The notes under the pieces are model-generated. The model saw only the letters and a list, made by a program, of their open reading frames with translations. It made no database searches and was not told the origin of the DNA. A stretch of DNA of 28,022 nt, from positions 1-28,022 of the IMG/VR virus record IMGVR_UViG_3300032242_000323, one strand, 5' to 3'. A program made the position numbers and the translations under genes. Of this stretch, positions 18,701-25,107 are shown in pieces. Origin of the DNA: a virus. Its lineage: Duplodnaviria; Caudoviricetes. Every line of letters starts with the position of its first letter. Within the stretch, counting starts at the first letter, position 1.

Positions 18701-21177
18701 CAACCAAGCGTCAAGAAAAGGGTTATGTTGACCGCATCATTGATGCAATCTCTCCAACTGCCATTACTCGTATCCGCCAAGGTTTAATTAATAAATATGA
18801 GTCTATCGAACAACTATCCCGCTTGCGTGGCGAAAAGATGGGCGGGGATCAATTGTTGGCAGAGAACTCAGCAATTGCGGCGGCATTGCAATCTGATCGT
18901 GCCGCTGGTATTGCCGCATCCTCTTTTAGAGATGGCGTTCCAGTACTGGACAAAGGCTATACATACGTTACTGATATGGATGGCAAGGTTAAAGGTCTGA
19001 TCCCGATTCTTGAGCCTTTGATGAAGTACAAAGACCCATACATCTTCCAAACATTCCAGTACTATGCTGGTACTCGTAGGGGTAGAAGGCTTGATGCCGA
19101 AGGTCGTGAGAAGACTTTCACCAAGGAAGACATCGCCTACGGCAAAGAATTAGAAATGCAGTTCCCTGAGTTTTCCGAAGTATTTAATGAATATCAAAAG
19201 TACAACCAAGGCTTGGTTAAGTACATGATGGACACTGGAGTTATCTCCGCACAAGAAGCCAAAACATGGACTGAGAATTGGGATTACATTCCGTTCTATC
19301 GTCAACTAGAGGGCGAGAAAACGGCAGGACCGAAGGTCTTTTCTCCAATTGCTGGTGTCGCTAAACCTAAGAAACTTAAGGGTTCTGAAGCTCCATTGGA
19401 TGACTTCATGGAAACAATCGTGCGTAATGCACGTGCGGCAATTGAAGCTGGCATGAAGAACGAAGCGGCTCGCAGAGTCATTCGTGATGTTACAGACTTT
19501 GGTTTAGGGGAAAGACTTCCTAGTTCACAGTCAGGATCTGATGTTGTTTCCGTAAAAGAAAACGGCATGACAGTCTACTATCGTGTAGCTGACCCACTTT
19601 TGGTTGAGTCTCTTAAGGGTTTAAACCTACCACAGCTACCGTTTATGGATTTCTTGTCAGCGCCAGCCAACTTGCTGCGTAATTTTGTTACCAAAGACCC
19701 AGGCTTTATTATTGCCAACTTAGGTCGTGACTCAATGCAAGCTTGGATTACCAGCGGAACCGACATGAAACCTCTGGTTGATACGTTTAAACAGTTTGGC
19801 AAAGAGCTTGCTGGTCAGTCTCCTGAAGCATATGCTTTGGCTAAAGCTGGTCTGACTGGCTATGATTTTGCTGGTGATGTTAAATCTACCGCCAAACAAG
19901 TTGAAAAAGAATTGCGTAAACGCAGTGGCGCTAGGACAAAAGGCGAGCAAGCACTACTTCCGTTAACATCATTCTGGGAAATGCTTGAGCATGGTTCTCA
20001 TGCATCCGACATGGCAACCCGTGCCGAGGTTTACAAGCGTACCCTTGAAAGAACAGGTTCAGAGGCTGAAGCTTTTTACCAAGCAATGGAGGTCATGAAC
20101 TTCTCACGCAAAGGTAACTCTGCCGTAATCCGCATTCTTTCTGCAATGATTCCTTTCTTTAATGCACGTGTCCAAGGTCTAGATGTTCTGTACCGCACAG
20201 GCTTTGGCAAGACTGCAATGGAAAATAAAGAGACAATTCAAAAAGCATTTATTTTCCGTTCAATGGTTCTATTGGGTACATCAGTTATGTACTGGGGTCT
20301 CATGCAAGACGATGATGACTATAAAAAGCTATCCAAAGAAGAAAAAGATAACTATTGGATTATTCCAGCGATCAAGATTGGCGATAAGCCATTCCGTTTT
20401 CCTATTCCGTTTGAATTGGGCGTACTCTTTAAGGTTCTTCCTGAAAGAGCGCTTGAGTATTCTTTTGGCACGGACACAGGAAAAGACTTGCGGGAATCAT
20501 TATTCCGTAATGCTATGAGCACTCTGTCGTTTAACCCTATACCTCAAGCAGCATTGCCATTGGTTGAAAACGCTACAAACCACTCGTTCTTTACTGGTGA
20601 ACCAATCATAGGCAAAGGTGTAGAGGGTCTTGCTCCACAATTCCAGTTTGGCGCTGGAACATCTGAATTTGCTAAGAAATTGGGCAAAGAGTTAGGGTAT
20701 TCCCCACAAAAGATAGATAACTTAATTCGTGGATATACGGGAACAATGGGTAGCTACGCAATGATGATGATGGATTCAGCCCTTACCCAAGAGGGAGACT
20801 CGGTCAAAGCTGCCAAGCGCATGGAACAATTGCCAGTCCTTAAGCGATTCTTTGCTGGTGATATGGGCAATATTTCAGCTTATTATGATTTAAAACAAGA
20901 GGTTGACACAGTTGTACAAACAGTTAATACTCTGCAACGTACTGGTAATTCCGATGATTTAAAAGAATATTTGGAAGAAAACAAGAAGTTGTACGCATTG
21001 AAGAGTTATATTGGTGTATTGGATAAAAACATGAAACAATTCAATAACATGGCTAAGATGATTAATGCATCTAAAACTATGACTGCTGATGAAAAACGAG
21101 AAGCTTTAGACAAGATTCATGAAGGTCAATTGAAACTTACTGAGCGTGTACGAATACTAAGAAAGCAACAAGAATAA
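12727..21177 (+). CDS. Large polyvalent virion/ejection protein: N-terminal membrane-interacting region, HExxH metallopeptidase, unknown domain, HhH-GPD glycosylase-like domain, ART-PolyVal-like ADP-ribosyltransferase, LPD38-like C-terminus
   Basis: 2816-aa uninterrupted ORF. Motifs: HESIH (15406-15420) plus EEAIAE; SPQKDW, KVRSFYNNI, VTIDTHA (17434-17454), MQSITW; FKQFF..KVVD..GKP..MYHGT, GFWFS, PVYLNIKNP, GYDG, VAFEPNQIKS; NFSRKG, PFFNA, PIPFELG, IDNLIRGYTG. Confidence 0.85.
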   Translation: MAITAQLFDGTTLEFPDDTDKSIIQDTVKRLTEEKQVKPDTGFTGAFKSGTERFKGDVAAVLGRTGIMNTEAAEQYKAHKERLAEKMFTPTQEGWSEAPFTKFKETLGGSLPYTAAPLAVGLGAAALPAIGVAAPIATGIGMAGAGLASLGQFTGSNLSRQMQENPNLRLKDTDLMAAGAAAVPQAALDVVSLRMIPGIGKIFGAAGKEVTPELAKRIAEQGILKTAGYYGVEGVKLAGKEGATEAGQQFFERLQAGLNIADEQARSEYFDNFIGGAVLGGALSVPGVAIERRNIVKQGAQMEEEQKRQAIIDRQKAQREAYLAEQEQLKQTSQNLGVPETLALPAPEEKLEAMPEEVDPLINPLGRFKSTDLSPKEVAEVNKRRKEMGKPRIGHTFSIEDLADVFTIPKNLDPTDPEDQKTIQQIQQNKDGILNRLVAARTGYQAGQDFAPQTIELSAQQRGIDTRTQGFKDFLTRVAGEEDLTAMSPPQRVAVAQALQNVKPGEESRILEAGISNAKHYTAEQYNDTIAGLHKEFKQMGNQENGRSSVLKLIEKYSGLKNERDQQRILDEAVKNGDFERNLKVSSTGHNIETLKPAEAITPLPGGMDIRKETFKQGETPEAFVVRAGSKVLSSVETAEEADRDLAAHEQNRQAAVVNTQKQIQGIQNGINARNAELNQMQSLGQDQTDEFFTKSAQYYGADQQANAAINDLRQKQQEFMEPVRVIPVGTKPVAKESYTFYEKDQPQVKFDTEEQAEQYGISRLDDATLEQIIRSAPHQKQTGRVKRYADLAQKELDERNSLESERGIAVTTTQGLKGSKERLEKLGIYNKEVHDNLEKLRQTLLPALKRYGLEKVALRILNSIEDGKADGYYIEQVMAIALDAKNPMGTLRHESIHALKELGAFTPQEWKILENKAKSEWVQKYIKDANLYESYKQQYIAEHGNLVGFEPYIQEEAIAEAFKHFKVGTLPAGMIGNIWSRLNKMFEALRNAFNKLGFQTSEDIFNKIEQGEKKPKEAGQAQAGKYDLTKRIDMTFKDVTKRVPQLVAAAKKVASGEMTAAQYDKLVNKYKPILPYDFIPEPATAKEAIDALTSDKKPFYGKTDEIPNGHPVGLRLDIPAYKDHGVWVNSIHNEGAKGSMPNAVYSNVASIKNANFEITERNQERFLDFAQEAVSAKGEKQNKFTGARIYGNWNPMSEKETVATAKKVLNNPAWSQVGMDPERHSYFYDRKTTQPIVSADEVIQIGPLVFAKNPVYSSKKNFKYSLRTNASEADLKNSLADKRVSPRLPISAKNTEDVYGVDRLQPDLNTFKKEAVPFNKNIEILSKYPNFEGLTGSNEEKANSMVDQMVDNLMWLFNHWKPELRERSRLWYVGGNRISTRWSERYGLPAENIAAVIAALSPQKDWFQNVRLGESILDAMVFNSTTPWDESMSAVLNNREWGKKFSKELKYSPSQQISRFQGKTLKDLYDPKDDASLLDMAVWIRAWDEAKNPQVARVITPEGNFSNDVDVGKTGKPVALRAQGFNAMTKALKAIQAKGVQEISELIGANHKVRSFYNNIIAPFDKDDVTIDTHAVAAALLRPLGSSDAEVGHNFGSYAPKSAITGLNGTYALYAEAYRRAAEKAGVLPREMQSITWEAVRGLFRPEQKTDTNKTKADNIWKEYANGKITANEAREKISGMVQGIKDPAWVRSTAGNNETETDSTYKGELPQVSVPSGNENISRTTPRSAKNSRVKEKFSLRAPETPEFKQFFKDTKVVDNDGKPMQMYHGTAEDLFTVFDKAKIRASDYDTPFNGFWFSNDKFTSPAMRDAKNTIPVYLNIKNPAPSEAWRKVSKDVYRESDEGSLVLSKGSRSEGDEIRNRLQAMGYDGVHYGGTPDINKNEFEKNGYTSFKDLSGKSYTIAKNDENGGVDLYSGKVNEKPTYETEEHITGYLDLNDFLNTFENEVWVAFEPNQIKSVTNEKPTESEDIRYSLRSQLSDDLNERIGITTTKRQEKGYVDRIIDAISPTAITRIRQGLINKYESIEQLSRLRGEKMGGDQLLAENSAIAAALQSDRAAGIAASSFRDGVPVLDKGYTYVTDMDGKVKGLIPILEPLMKYKDPYIFQTFQYYAGTRRGRRLDAEGREKTFTKEDIAYGKELEMQFPEFSEVFNEYQKYNQGLVKYMMDTGVISAQEAKTWTENWDYIPFYRQLEGEKTAGPKVFSPIAGVAKPKKLKGSEAPLDDFMETIVRNARAAIEAGMKNEAARRVIRDVTDFGLGERLPSSQSGSDVVSVKENGMTVYYRVADPLLVESLKGLNLPQLPFMDFLSAPANLLRNFVTKDPGFIIANLGRDSMQAWITSGTDMKPLVDTFKQFGKELAGQSPEAYALAKAGLTGYDFAGDVKSTAKQVEKELRKRSGARTKGEQALLPLTSFWEMLEHGSHASDMATRAEVYKRTLERTGSEAEAFYQAMEVMNFSRKGNSAVIRILSAMIPFFNARVQGLDVLYRTGFGKTAMENKETIQKAFIFRSMVLLGTSVMYWGLMQDDDDYKKLSKEEKDNYWIIPAIKIGDKPFRFPIPFELGVLFKVLPERALEYSFGTDTGKDLRESLFRNAMSTLSFNPIPQAALPLVENATNHSFFTGEPIIGKGVEGLAPQFQFGAGTSEFAKKLGKELGYSPQKIDNLIRGYTGTMGSYAMMMMDSALTQEGDSVKAAKRMEQLPVLKRFFAGDMGNISAYYDLKQEVDTVVQTVNTLQRTGNSDDLKEYLEENKKLYALKSYIGVLDKNMKQFNNMAKMINASKTMTADEKREALDKIHEGQLKLTERVRILRKQQE
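17720..17935 (+). CDS. Candidate overprinted small protein in the +1 frame of the giant gene
   Basis: MQMEKSPQMKQEKKSLEWFRGSKTQLGLDPLLETMKQRQIPLTKENYLKLAYPAEMKISPEQLQEVPKILE*. The host frame here is a low-complexity linker with atypical codons. Start uncertain (ATG 17720, 17726, 17744 or 17822). Confidence 0.55.
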   Translation: MQMEKSPQMKQEKKSLEWFRGSKTQLGLDPLLETMKQRQIPLTKENYLKLAYPAEMKISPEQLQEVPKILE

Positions 21178-21192
21178 TCCACGGAGGCTTTT

Positions 21193-22155
21193 TTGACGAA
21201 ATACTTTCTTACCGATGATCAATTTATAGAATCTTGGAAAAAAACAGGTAGCCCTCAAAAGTTTGCAGAAAAACATGGCATGGATGTCCGTTCTGTATAT
21301 AACAGAAGACGATCTATTGAGACTAGATTAAAAATTCAATTACCAAGTTTAGATGATACTAGATATTCTCCACTTAGAAAGTTAGAGCAAGTCATTGGGA
21401 ATGCTAGACGAGGTATCAAAATGGAAAAGGGCAGAGTGGTTGTTTTCTCCGATGCTCATTTCTGGCCCGATGACTACACAACCGCATACAAAGCTCTACT
21501 TCAAATCATTAAAGAGTTTAAACCTAAAGTCGTTGTGGCTAACGGCGATGTTTTTGATGGAAGTCAAAATAGCAGACATCCGAGAATCGGCTGGACTCAT
21601 AGCCCCTCAGTCCGAGAAGAGTTGGAAGCCTGTCAAGAGTTCATGGGAGGCATTGAAAGGGTCTCTAAAGGCTCTGAATTAATATGGACTATGGGTAACC
21701 ATGACGCACGATTTGAAACGTTCCTAGCCGCTCAAGTTCCACAATATGAGGGAGTATCAGGGTTTACCCTTAAAGACCATTTTCCTTTATGGAAACCATG
21801 TTGGTCTTATTGGATCAATGAAGATGTTTGCATTAAACACCGCTGGAAAGGCGGGTTTGGAGCTGGTAGGGCTAATAGTTTAAACGCTGGAGTGTCTATG
21901 ATAACGGGTCACACGCACAACCTCGCAGTTCAACCAGTCACTGACTATAATGGAACCAGATATGGGGTTCAAACTGGAACATTAGCCGATCCCAATGCAG
22001 AACAATTTGTCCATTACACAGAAGACGGACCAAAAGACTGGCGTTCTGGGTTTGCTTTGTTGTCGTTTGAACGGGGTAGACTTATGTTGCCAGAGCTAAT
22101 CCAAGTTTGTGGAGAAGACGAATATGAATTCCGTGGCGCTATTCACAAGGTTTAA
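21193..22155 (+). CDS. Calcineurin-like metallophosphoesterase with an N-terminal HTH-like region
   Basis: SD GGAGG at 21183-21187 before TTG. Motifs SDAH, NGDVFD, GNHD, KH, GHTH. Confidence 0.88.
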   Translation: MTKYFLTDDQFIESWKKTGSPQKFAEKHGMDVRSVYNRRRSIETRLKIQLPSLDDTRYSPLRKLEQVIGNARRGIKMEKGRVVVFSDAHFWPDDYTTAYKALLQIIKEFKPKVVVANGDVFDGSQNSRHPRIGWTHSPSVREELEACQEFMGGIERVSKGSELIWTMGNHDARFETFLAAQVPQYEGVSGFTLKDHFPLWKPCWSYWINEDVCIKHRWKGGFGAGRANSLNAGVSMITGHTHNLAVQPVTDYNGTRYGVQTGTLADPNAEQFVHYTEDGPKDWRSGFALLSFERGRLMLPELIQVCGEDEYEFRGAIHKV

Positions 22156-22157
22156 AC

Positions 22158-22505
22158 ATGAAGCTTACCCCAGCTATCCTTCGTAATTTATATTCTGCAA
22201 TCTATTGCATGAAGCCATTTGGTAATTGGGCTATGCCTTTGCCAGAGCAAATTGACTTTATAGTGGATCAAGATCCAGAGGTAATGGGTACTTATTTGTA
22301 TGATGATGGCGGAAAATTTGAACATACCATTACTATTTCAACCAAAAAGTGTGGTCATTTAGCAACAGTTATTAGGGTGCTATGCCATGAATGTGTGCAT
22401 ATGAGTCGTTGGAAGACCAATAAATGGTCACACCACGATGCTGAATTTCGTAGGCGCACCAAAGTTATATCAGACGAACTTGGATTTGACCCGCTCGAAT
22501 TGTAA
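22158..22505 (+). CDS. SprT-like zinc metalloprotease
   Basis: VLCHECVHM (HExxH) followed by HHDAEF, matching the SprT-type H-G/D-x-x-F motif. Confidence 0.75.
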   Translation: MKLTPAILRNLYSAIYCMKPFGNWAMPLPEQIDFIVDQDPEVMGTYLYDDGGKFEHTITISTKKCGHLATVIRVLCHECVHMSRWKTNKWSHHDAEFRRRTKVISDELGFDPLEL

Positions 22506-22628
22506 AGTTAAATGTGTATTTTATTACACATTTGTAAAGTTAATGGTTTATAAATAAGCCCATAAGTACACTAATGGTTTATTTATAAGTCATTTTTAAG
22601 CTTTTAACTTTATACTTATAGGTATAAA
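22500..22628. repeat. AT-rich cluster of inverted and direct repeats
   Basis: Inverted repeats: AAATGTGTA/TACACATTT (22510-22533), GGTTTAT/ATAAGCC (22545-22560, imperfect), TTTATAC/GTATAAA (22609-22628). Direct repeats: TTGTAAAGTTAA (22500, 22532) and TAATGGTTTAT (22541, 22572). Confidence 0.75.
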
Positions 22629-22651
22629 AAAGGTTGCAAAAAGCAACCTTT
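22626..22651 (-). terminator. Intrinsic terminator for the - strand genes (possibly bidirectional)
   Basis: Perfect inverted repeat AAAGGTTGC-AAAAA-GCAACCTTT (22629-22651). On the - strand the stem runs into a 6-T tract, 20 nt after the last - strand stop. Confidence 0.7.
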
Positions 22652-22670
22652 AGGTACTAATTGGAACTTT

Positions 22671-22799
22671 TTACTTCTTCTTTGGTTTAAAGAAATCTTC
22701 CCAAGTGGACAATAAGCAGTTGTACCAAAACTCATACGCTTGCTTAGTGCGTTCAGTTACTTCTTCAAACTTTTTGTATTGCTCATCAAATGTAAACAT
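22671..22799 (-). CDS. 42-aa amphipathic helical protein (not in ORF track)
   Basis: MFTFDEQYKKFEEVTERTKQAYEFWYNCLLSTWEDFFKPKKK*. Strong SD AGGAG (22806-22810), own promoter upstream and terminator downstream. Confidence 0.8.
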   Translation of the reverse strand: MFTFDEQYKKFEEVTERTKQAYEFWYNCLLSTWEDFFKPKKK

Positions 22800-22815
22800 G
22801 GATAACTCCTAAGTT

Positions 22816-22832
22816 ATGTTGCGATGCACCAT
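22816..22832. promoter_or_regulatory. PhaR-like operator palindrome ATGTTGC-GAT-GCACCAT
   Basis: 17-bp palindrome with one mismatch and a TGC-N3-GCA core, overlapping the -10/+1 region of the promoter for 22671..22799. Confidence 0.6.
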
Positions 22833-22859
22833 TTTACACTATTTAGCCATTACATACAA
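22831..22859 (-). promoter_or_regulatory. Sigma70-type promoter TTGTAT-N17-TAAAAT
   Basis: -35 at 22859-22854, exactly 17-nt spacer, -10 at 22836-22831. Confidence 0.65.
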
Positions 22860-22982
22860 CCCAACATTACCAAGAGCATATCCAAAATATGTGATAGCCA
22901 ATCCAACATTTCCTTTAAACCCTTGTTCTCCAGCAATATATGCATAAATTAGTCCTGTAACAATGATTAGCCAGCTACTCAT
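22839..22982 (-). CDS. 47-aa two-TM membrane protein (not in ORF track)
   Basis: MSSWLIIVTGLIYAYIAGEQGFKGNVGLAITYFGYALGNVGLYVMAK*; ATGA overlap with the upstream stop. Confidence 0.75.
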   Translation of the reverse strand: MSSWLIIVTGLIYAYIAGEQGFKGNVGLAITYFGYALGNVGLYVMAK

Positions 22983-23164
22983 TTCTTTTGTGCCTTTCTT
23001 AGGTACTCGGCAAGTCTTTCACCATAAGTCAATGAATGTATATCCATTTTTAACGCTTCAATTTCAGCTTGTTGCTGGCGTAGCATGGTGGCTATTTCTT
23101 CTCTAGTTACCAGCTTGTACCAACTATCTACTTCTAATAGGTCAGCTAGTTCATTTGCGTTCAT
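22979..23164 (-). CDS. MNANELAD-family small protein (copy 3; start revised to 23164)
   Basis: MNANELADLLEV...ATMLRQQQAEI...RKAQKK*; ATGA-coupled. Confidence 0.75.
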   Translation of the reverse strand: MNANELADLLEVDSWYKLVTREEIATMLRQQQAEIEALKMDIHSLTYGERLAEYLRKAQKK

Positions 23165-23412
23165 TTCTCTTGTGCCTTTTCCATAATTGTCTTTAAAAAT
23201 GGGCGCCATGTATCACGCCAGTCCTCTAAAAATGCCACCTGTTGTTTTAGGTCTTTGATTTCCTCTTGTTGCTGGCGTAGCATGGTGGCTGCTTGTTCTA
23301 ACTGGTCGGCAAGTCTATCGTTAGCGCCTTCTTGTACGCTCTTACGGCTTGTTGCCTTTCTGCGAATTGACGCACGGATTTCCATTGCATCCGCTAATTC
23401 ATTTGCGTTCAT
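23161..23412 (-). CDS. MNANELAD-family small protein (copy 2; start revised to 23412)
   Basis: MNANELADAMEI...ATMLRQQQEEI...EKAQEK*; ATGA-coupled. Confidence 0.75.
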   Translation of the reverse strand: MNANELADAMEIRASIRRKATSRKSVQEGANDRLADQLEQAATMLRQQQEEIKDLKQQVAFLEDWRDTWRPFLKTIMEKAQEK

Positions 23413-23615
23413 TTCTCTTGTGCCTTTCTTTGCCATTGTGTAGCCAATATGTACCAAGCCTCTTGTAGTATTTCCTCATCTGTTAGTGTCTTTGCTGGAT
23501 GGGTGTAGAGTGGAATAGGCGCTTTTGTTCCTTGGTATTTAAAAACAAAATCACTACTAAAGACTGTGCATCCCTCACCTTCAGGGTAAAAATGCGCTAC
23601 TGGTTCATTGTTCAT
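23409..23615 (-). CDS. Small hypothetical protein (EPVA...PLYTHP...LTDEEI type; start revised to 23615)
   Basis: MNNEPVAHF...IPLYTHPAKTLTDEEI...RKAQEK*. Confidence 0.7.
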   Translation of the reverse strand: MNNEPVAHFYPEGEGCTVFSSDFVFKYQGTKAPIPLYTHPAKTLTDEEILQEAWYILATQWQRKAQEK

Positions 23616-23766
23616 TTTGTGCCTTTTCTGTAGCAAGATAAACTTTAGCAACCAGACCCAGAATGTATGCAAGGTCGTTTAAACTTAGCTGTCCCATAAG
23701 CTGGATAATTTTTATTACCGCAATGTCATTATCTAAGGATTGTGCTTTAACTATAGGTTCAATCAT
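23605..23766 (-). CDS. 53-aa hypothetical protein (not in ORF track)
   Basis: MIEPIVKAQSLDNDIAVIKIIQLMGQLSLNDLAYILGLVAKVYLATEKAQNEQ*; fills the gap, with an ATGA overlap at its start. Confidence 0.65.
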   Translation of the reverse strand: MIEPIVKAQSLDNDIAVIKIIQLMGQLSLNDLAYILGLVAKVYLATEKAQNEQ

Positions 23767-23957
23767 TTGGTAGTGCTTCCGTAAACTTGTGCTTCAAGAT
23801 GTCTAATCTGATCGTTTAAAGACATGGATCGTTCAAACGCTCGCTTCCAATACTCTATTTCCTCCGCCTGTTTGCGTAACATATTGGCTATTGCTTGATG
23901 CGTTTTATCATCAGGCTTACTAATTTCTACAAAATCAGCTAGTTCATTTGCATTCAT
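23763..23957 (-). CDS. MNANELAD-family small protein (copy 1)
   Basis: MNANELADFVEI...IANMLRKQAEEI; ATGA-coupled. Confidence 0.75.
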   Translation of the reverse strand: MNANELADFVEISKPDDKTHQAIANMLRKQAEEIEYWKRAFERSMSLNDQIRHLEAQVYGSTTK

Positions 23958-24106
23958 TTCTCTTGTTCCTTTAACTGTTTGTTAAATTCAGCAACCTCTT
24001 TCCACCATGCATCTGTGTACTTTGCTGGCTTTTCAATCCTATCAGCGTTAACTGTTTTTAATATTTCTTTTAACAGCCTAATTACTTCATCCTCAAATTC
24101 AGTCAT
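23954..24106 (-). CDS. 50-aa hypothetical protein (not in ORF track)
   Basis: MTEFEDEVIRLLKEILKTVNADRIEKPAKYTDAWWKEVAEFNKQLKEQEK*; SD AAGGA upstream; ends in the junction repeat. Confidence 0.7.
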   Translation of the reverse strand: MTEFEDEVIRLLKEILKTVNADRIEKPAKYTDAWWKEVAEFNKQLKEQEK

Positions 24107-24115
24107 CTTCTTTCC

Positions 24116-24400
24116 TTATATACTTGGTGGCGGGAACTTGGCTGATACCATTTCCAAGAGTTCCTCTTCTGTCGTTTTAAAGGTGCGCTCAAACAATTTT
24201 CTACCCAATCCGTGAATACTGGAATTTCCTCGATGATGTTCGGGGCAGAGTGGAATGACGGGTGCTGTAGAGCGAGGGATATTACCTCTTCTAATGTGAT
24301 GGATTTCCGCTGGAGTCCCTTCGTAGCCAAGCTTGTAACATAACGCACAACCGAATTCTGCGAGTTTTCTAAAGTGTTCTTTTTCATCTTTAGTTGCCAC
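24116..24400 (-). CDS. Ref-like (recombination enhancement) HNH/Zn nuclease (start revised to GTG 24400)
   Basis: GCALC...AEIHHIR...VIPLCPEHHRG..SIH motif pattern. Confidence 0.75.
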   Translation of the reverse strand: MATKDEKEHFRKLAEFGCALCYKLGYEGTPAEIHHIRRGNIPRSTAPVIPLCPEHHRGNSSIHGLGRKLFERTFKTTEEELLEMVSAKFPPPSI

Positions 24401-24716
24401 TTTTCTTGCGCCTTTGGATCTCACGTGCCAAATACCATGCACTTTTTTCAAGGTCTTCTATTTCTTTTTCTTGGTATTTTTCGCCAGCTCTCCAAATGTA
24501 TTTAATTGCATTACCAAGGCAAAAGTTTAAATGCTCCACAATTTGGATGCATTCAACTCCTGATGGGTGGTTTGTATAGTGTTTTGGATGATTTACTGCA
24601 TCATTTAAAGCAAATGATGCTTCACCATCTTTAACGTTAATGGTTTTTGGAAAACAAAATGGACATTCATCTCCAGCATAGTTAACTTCATGTCCTTCAC
24701 AATATGCGTAAGTCAT
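24390..24716 (-). CDS. DUF3310 / SaV-like protein (T7 gp1.7 nucleotide kinase-related)
   Basis: DAVNHPKHY..GVECI...FCLGNAIKYIWRAGEK...EDLEKSAWYL signature. Confidence 0.85.
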   Translation of the reverse strand: MTYAYCEGHEVNYAGDECPFCFPKTINVKDGEASFALNDAVNHPKHYTNHPSGVECIQIVEHLNFCLGNAIKYIWRAGEKYQEKEIEDLEKSAWYLAREIQRRKKSGN

Positions 24717-24889
24717 TTTTTTTCCTTTCCCATTTTTATAAGCTCTGCGTTTAAACGATTTATCTCAACTTGCTGCGCATAAATTTGTTCACGCAGCATT
24801 TGTTCGGCATCTTCTTTGTCAACCCATCCAAAAAATGGAACAGGCTCTCTTTCAGCTTCTTTTCTATCGTCCGTAGTAAAGGTTGTCAT
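24713..24889 (-). CDS. Small coiled-coil hypothetical protein (start revised to 24889)
   Basis: MTTFTTDDR...MLREQIYAQQVEINRL; ATGA overlaps at both ends. Confidence 0.65.
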   Translation of the reverse strand: MTTFTTDDRKEAEREPVPFFGWVDKEDAEQMLREQIYAQQVEINRLNAELIKMGKEKK

Positions 24890-25107
24890 GCCCAACCTTT
24901 CAAAAGAACAATTAACAAAACAAAAATGCCAAAGTATTCTGCAATTCTAGTAGTCCAATATTGACGTTTAATTAACTCAGGATCACACAAAAAGTGTTTT
25001 TGAATAAGCAACATATCTTTGTCGTGTTCAACATATTTAGGTTTTAATGGATTCAAATAGTACGCAGATCCAATACTAACTTTGCCATTGTTATAAGGTA
25101 AATTCAT
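24886..25107 (-). CDS. Hypothetical protein with C-terminal TM segment
   Basis: 73 aa ending YFGIFVLLIVLLKGWA. Confidence 0.65.
   Translation of the reverse strand: MNLPYNNGKVSIGSAYYLNPLKPKYVEHDKDMLLIQKHFLCDPELIKRQYWTTRIAEYFGIFVLLIVLLKGWA

Larger units (their letters stand above)
22979..23972 (-). repeat. Dispersed gene-junction repeats and an internal 26-bp repeat
   Basis: AAAGG(C/A)ACAAGAGAAATGAA(C/T)GCAAATGAA(C/T)TAGC at 23145-23179, 23393-23427 and 23938-23972, with partial copies at 22979-22998 and 23612-23627. Identical 26-mer at 23068-23093 and 23265-23290. Confidence 0.9.

Noticed and set aside
12817-20518. Many other alternative-frame and antisense ORFs within the giant gene (e.g. 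13505..13696, 15320..15568, 16742..16930, 18797..19000, 20183..20518)
   Set aside because: They overlap well-formed domains of the main frame and have the Leu/Lys/Met- or Phe/Ser-rich composition expected of shadow frames. None coincides with a linker or cassette boundary, unlike 17720..17935.
21176-21195. Terminator after the giant gene (T-run)
   Set aside because: No adequate stem; the sequence is better explained as SD GGAGG plus TTG start of the phosphoesterase.
22500-23972. Possible CRISPR or mini-CRISPR array
   Set aside because: Repeats are either short and non-identical (intergenic) or irregularly spaced and protein-coding (gene junctions); no constant repeat-spacer period.
24103-24387. 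94-aa - strand ORF overlapping the Ref-like gene
   Set aside because: The other frame carries the recognisable Cys/His nuclease motifs; this one has none.
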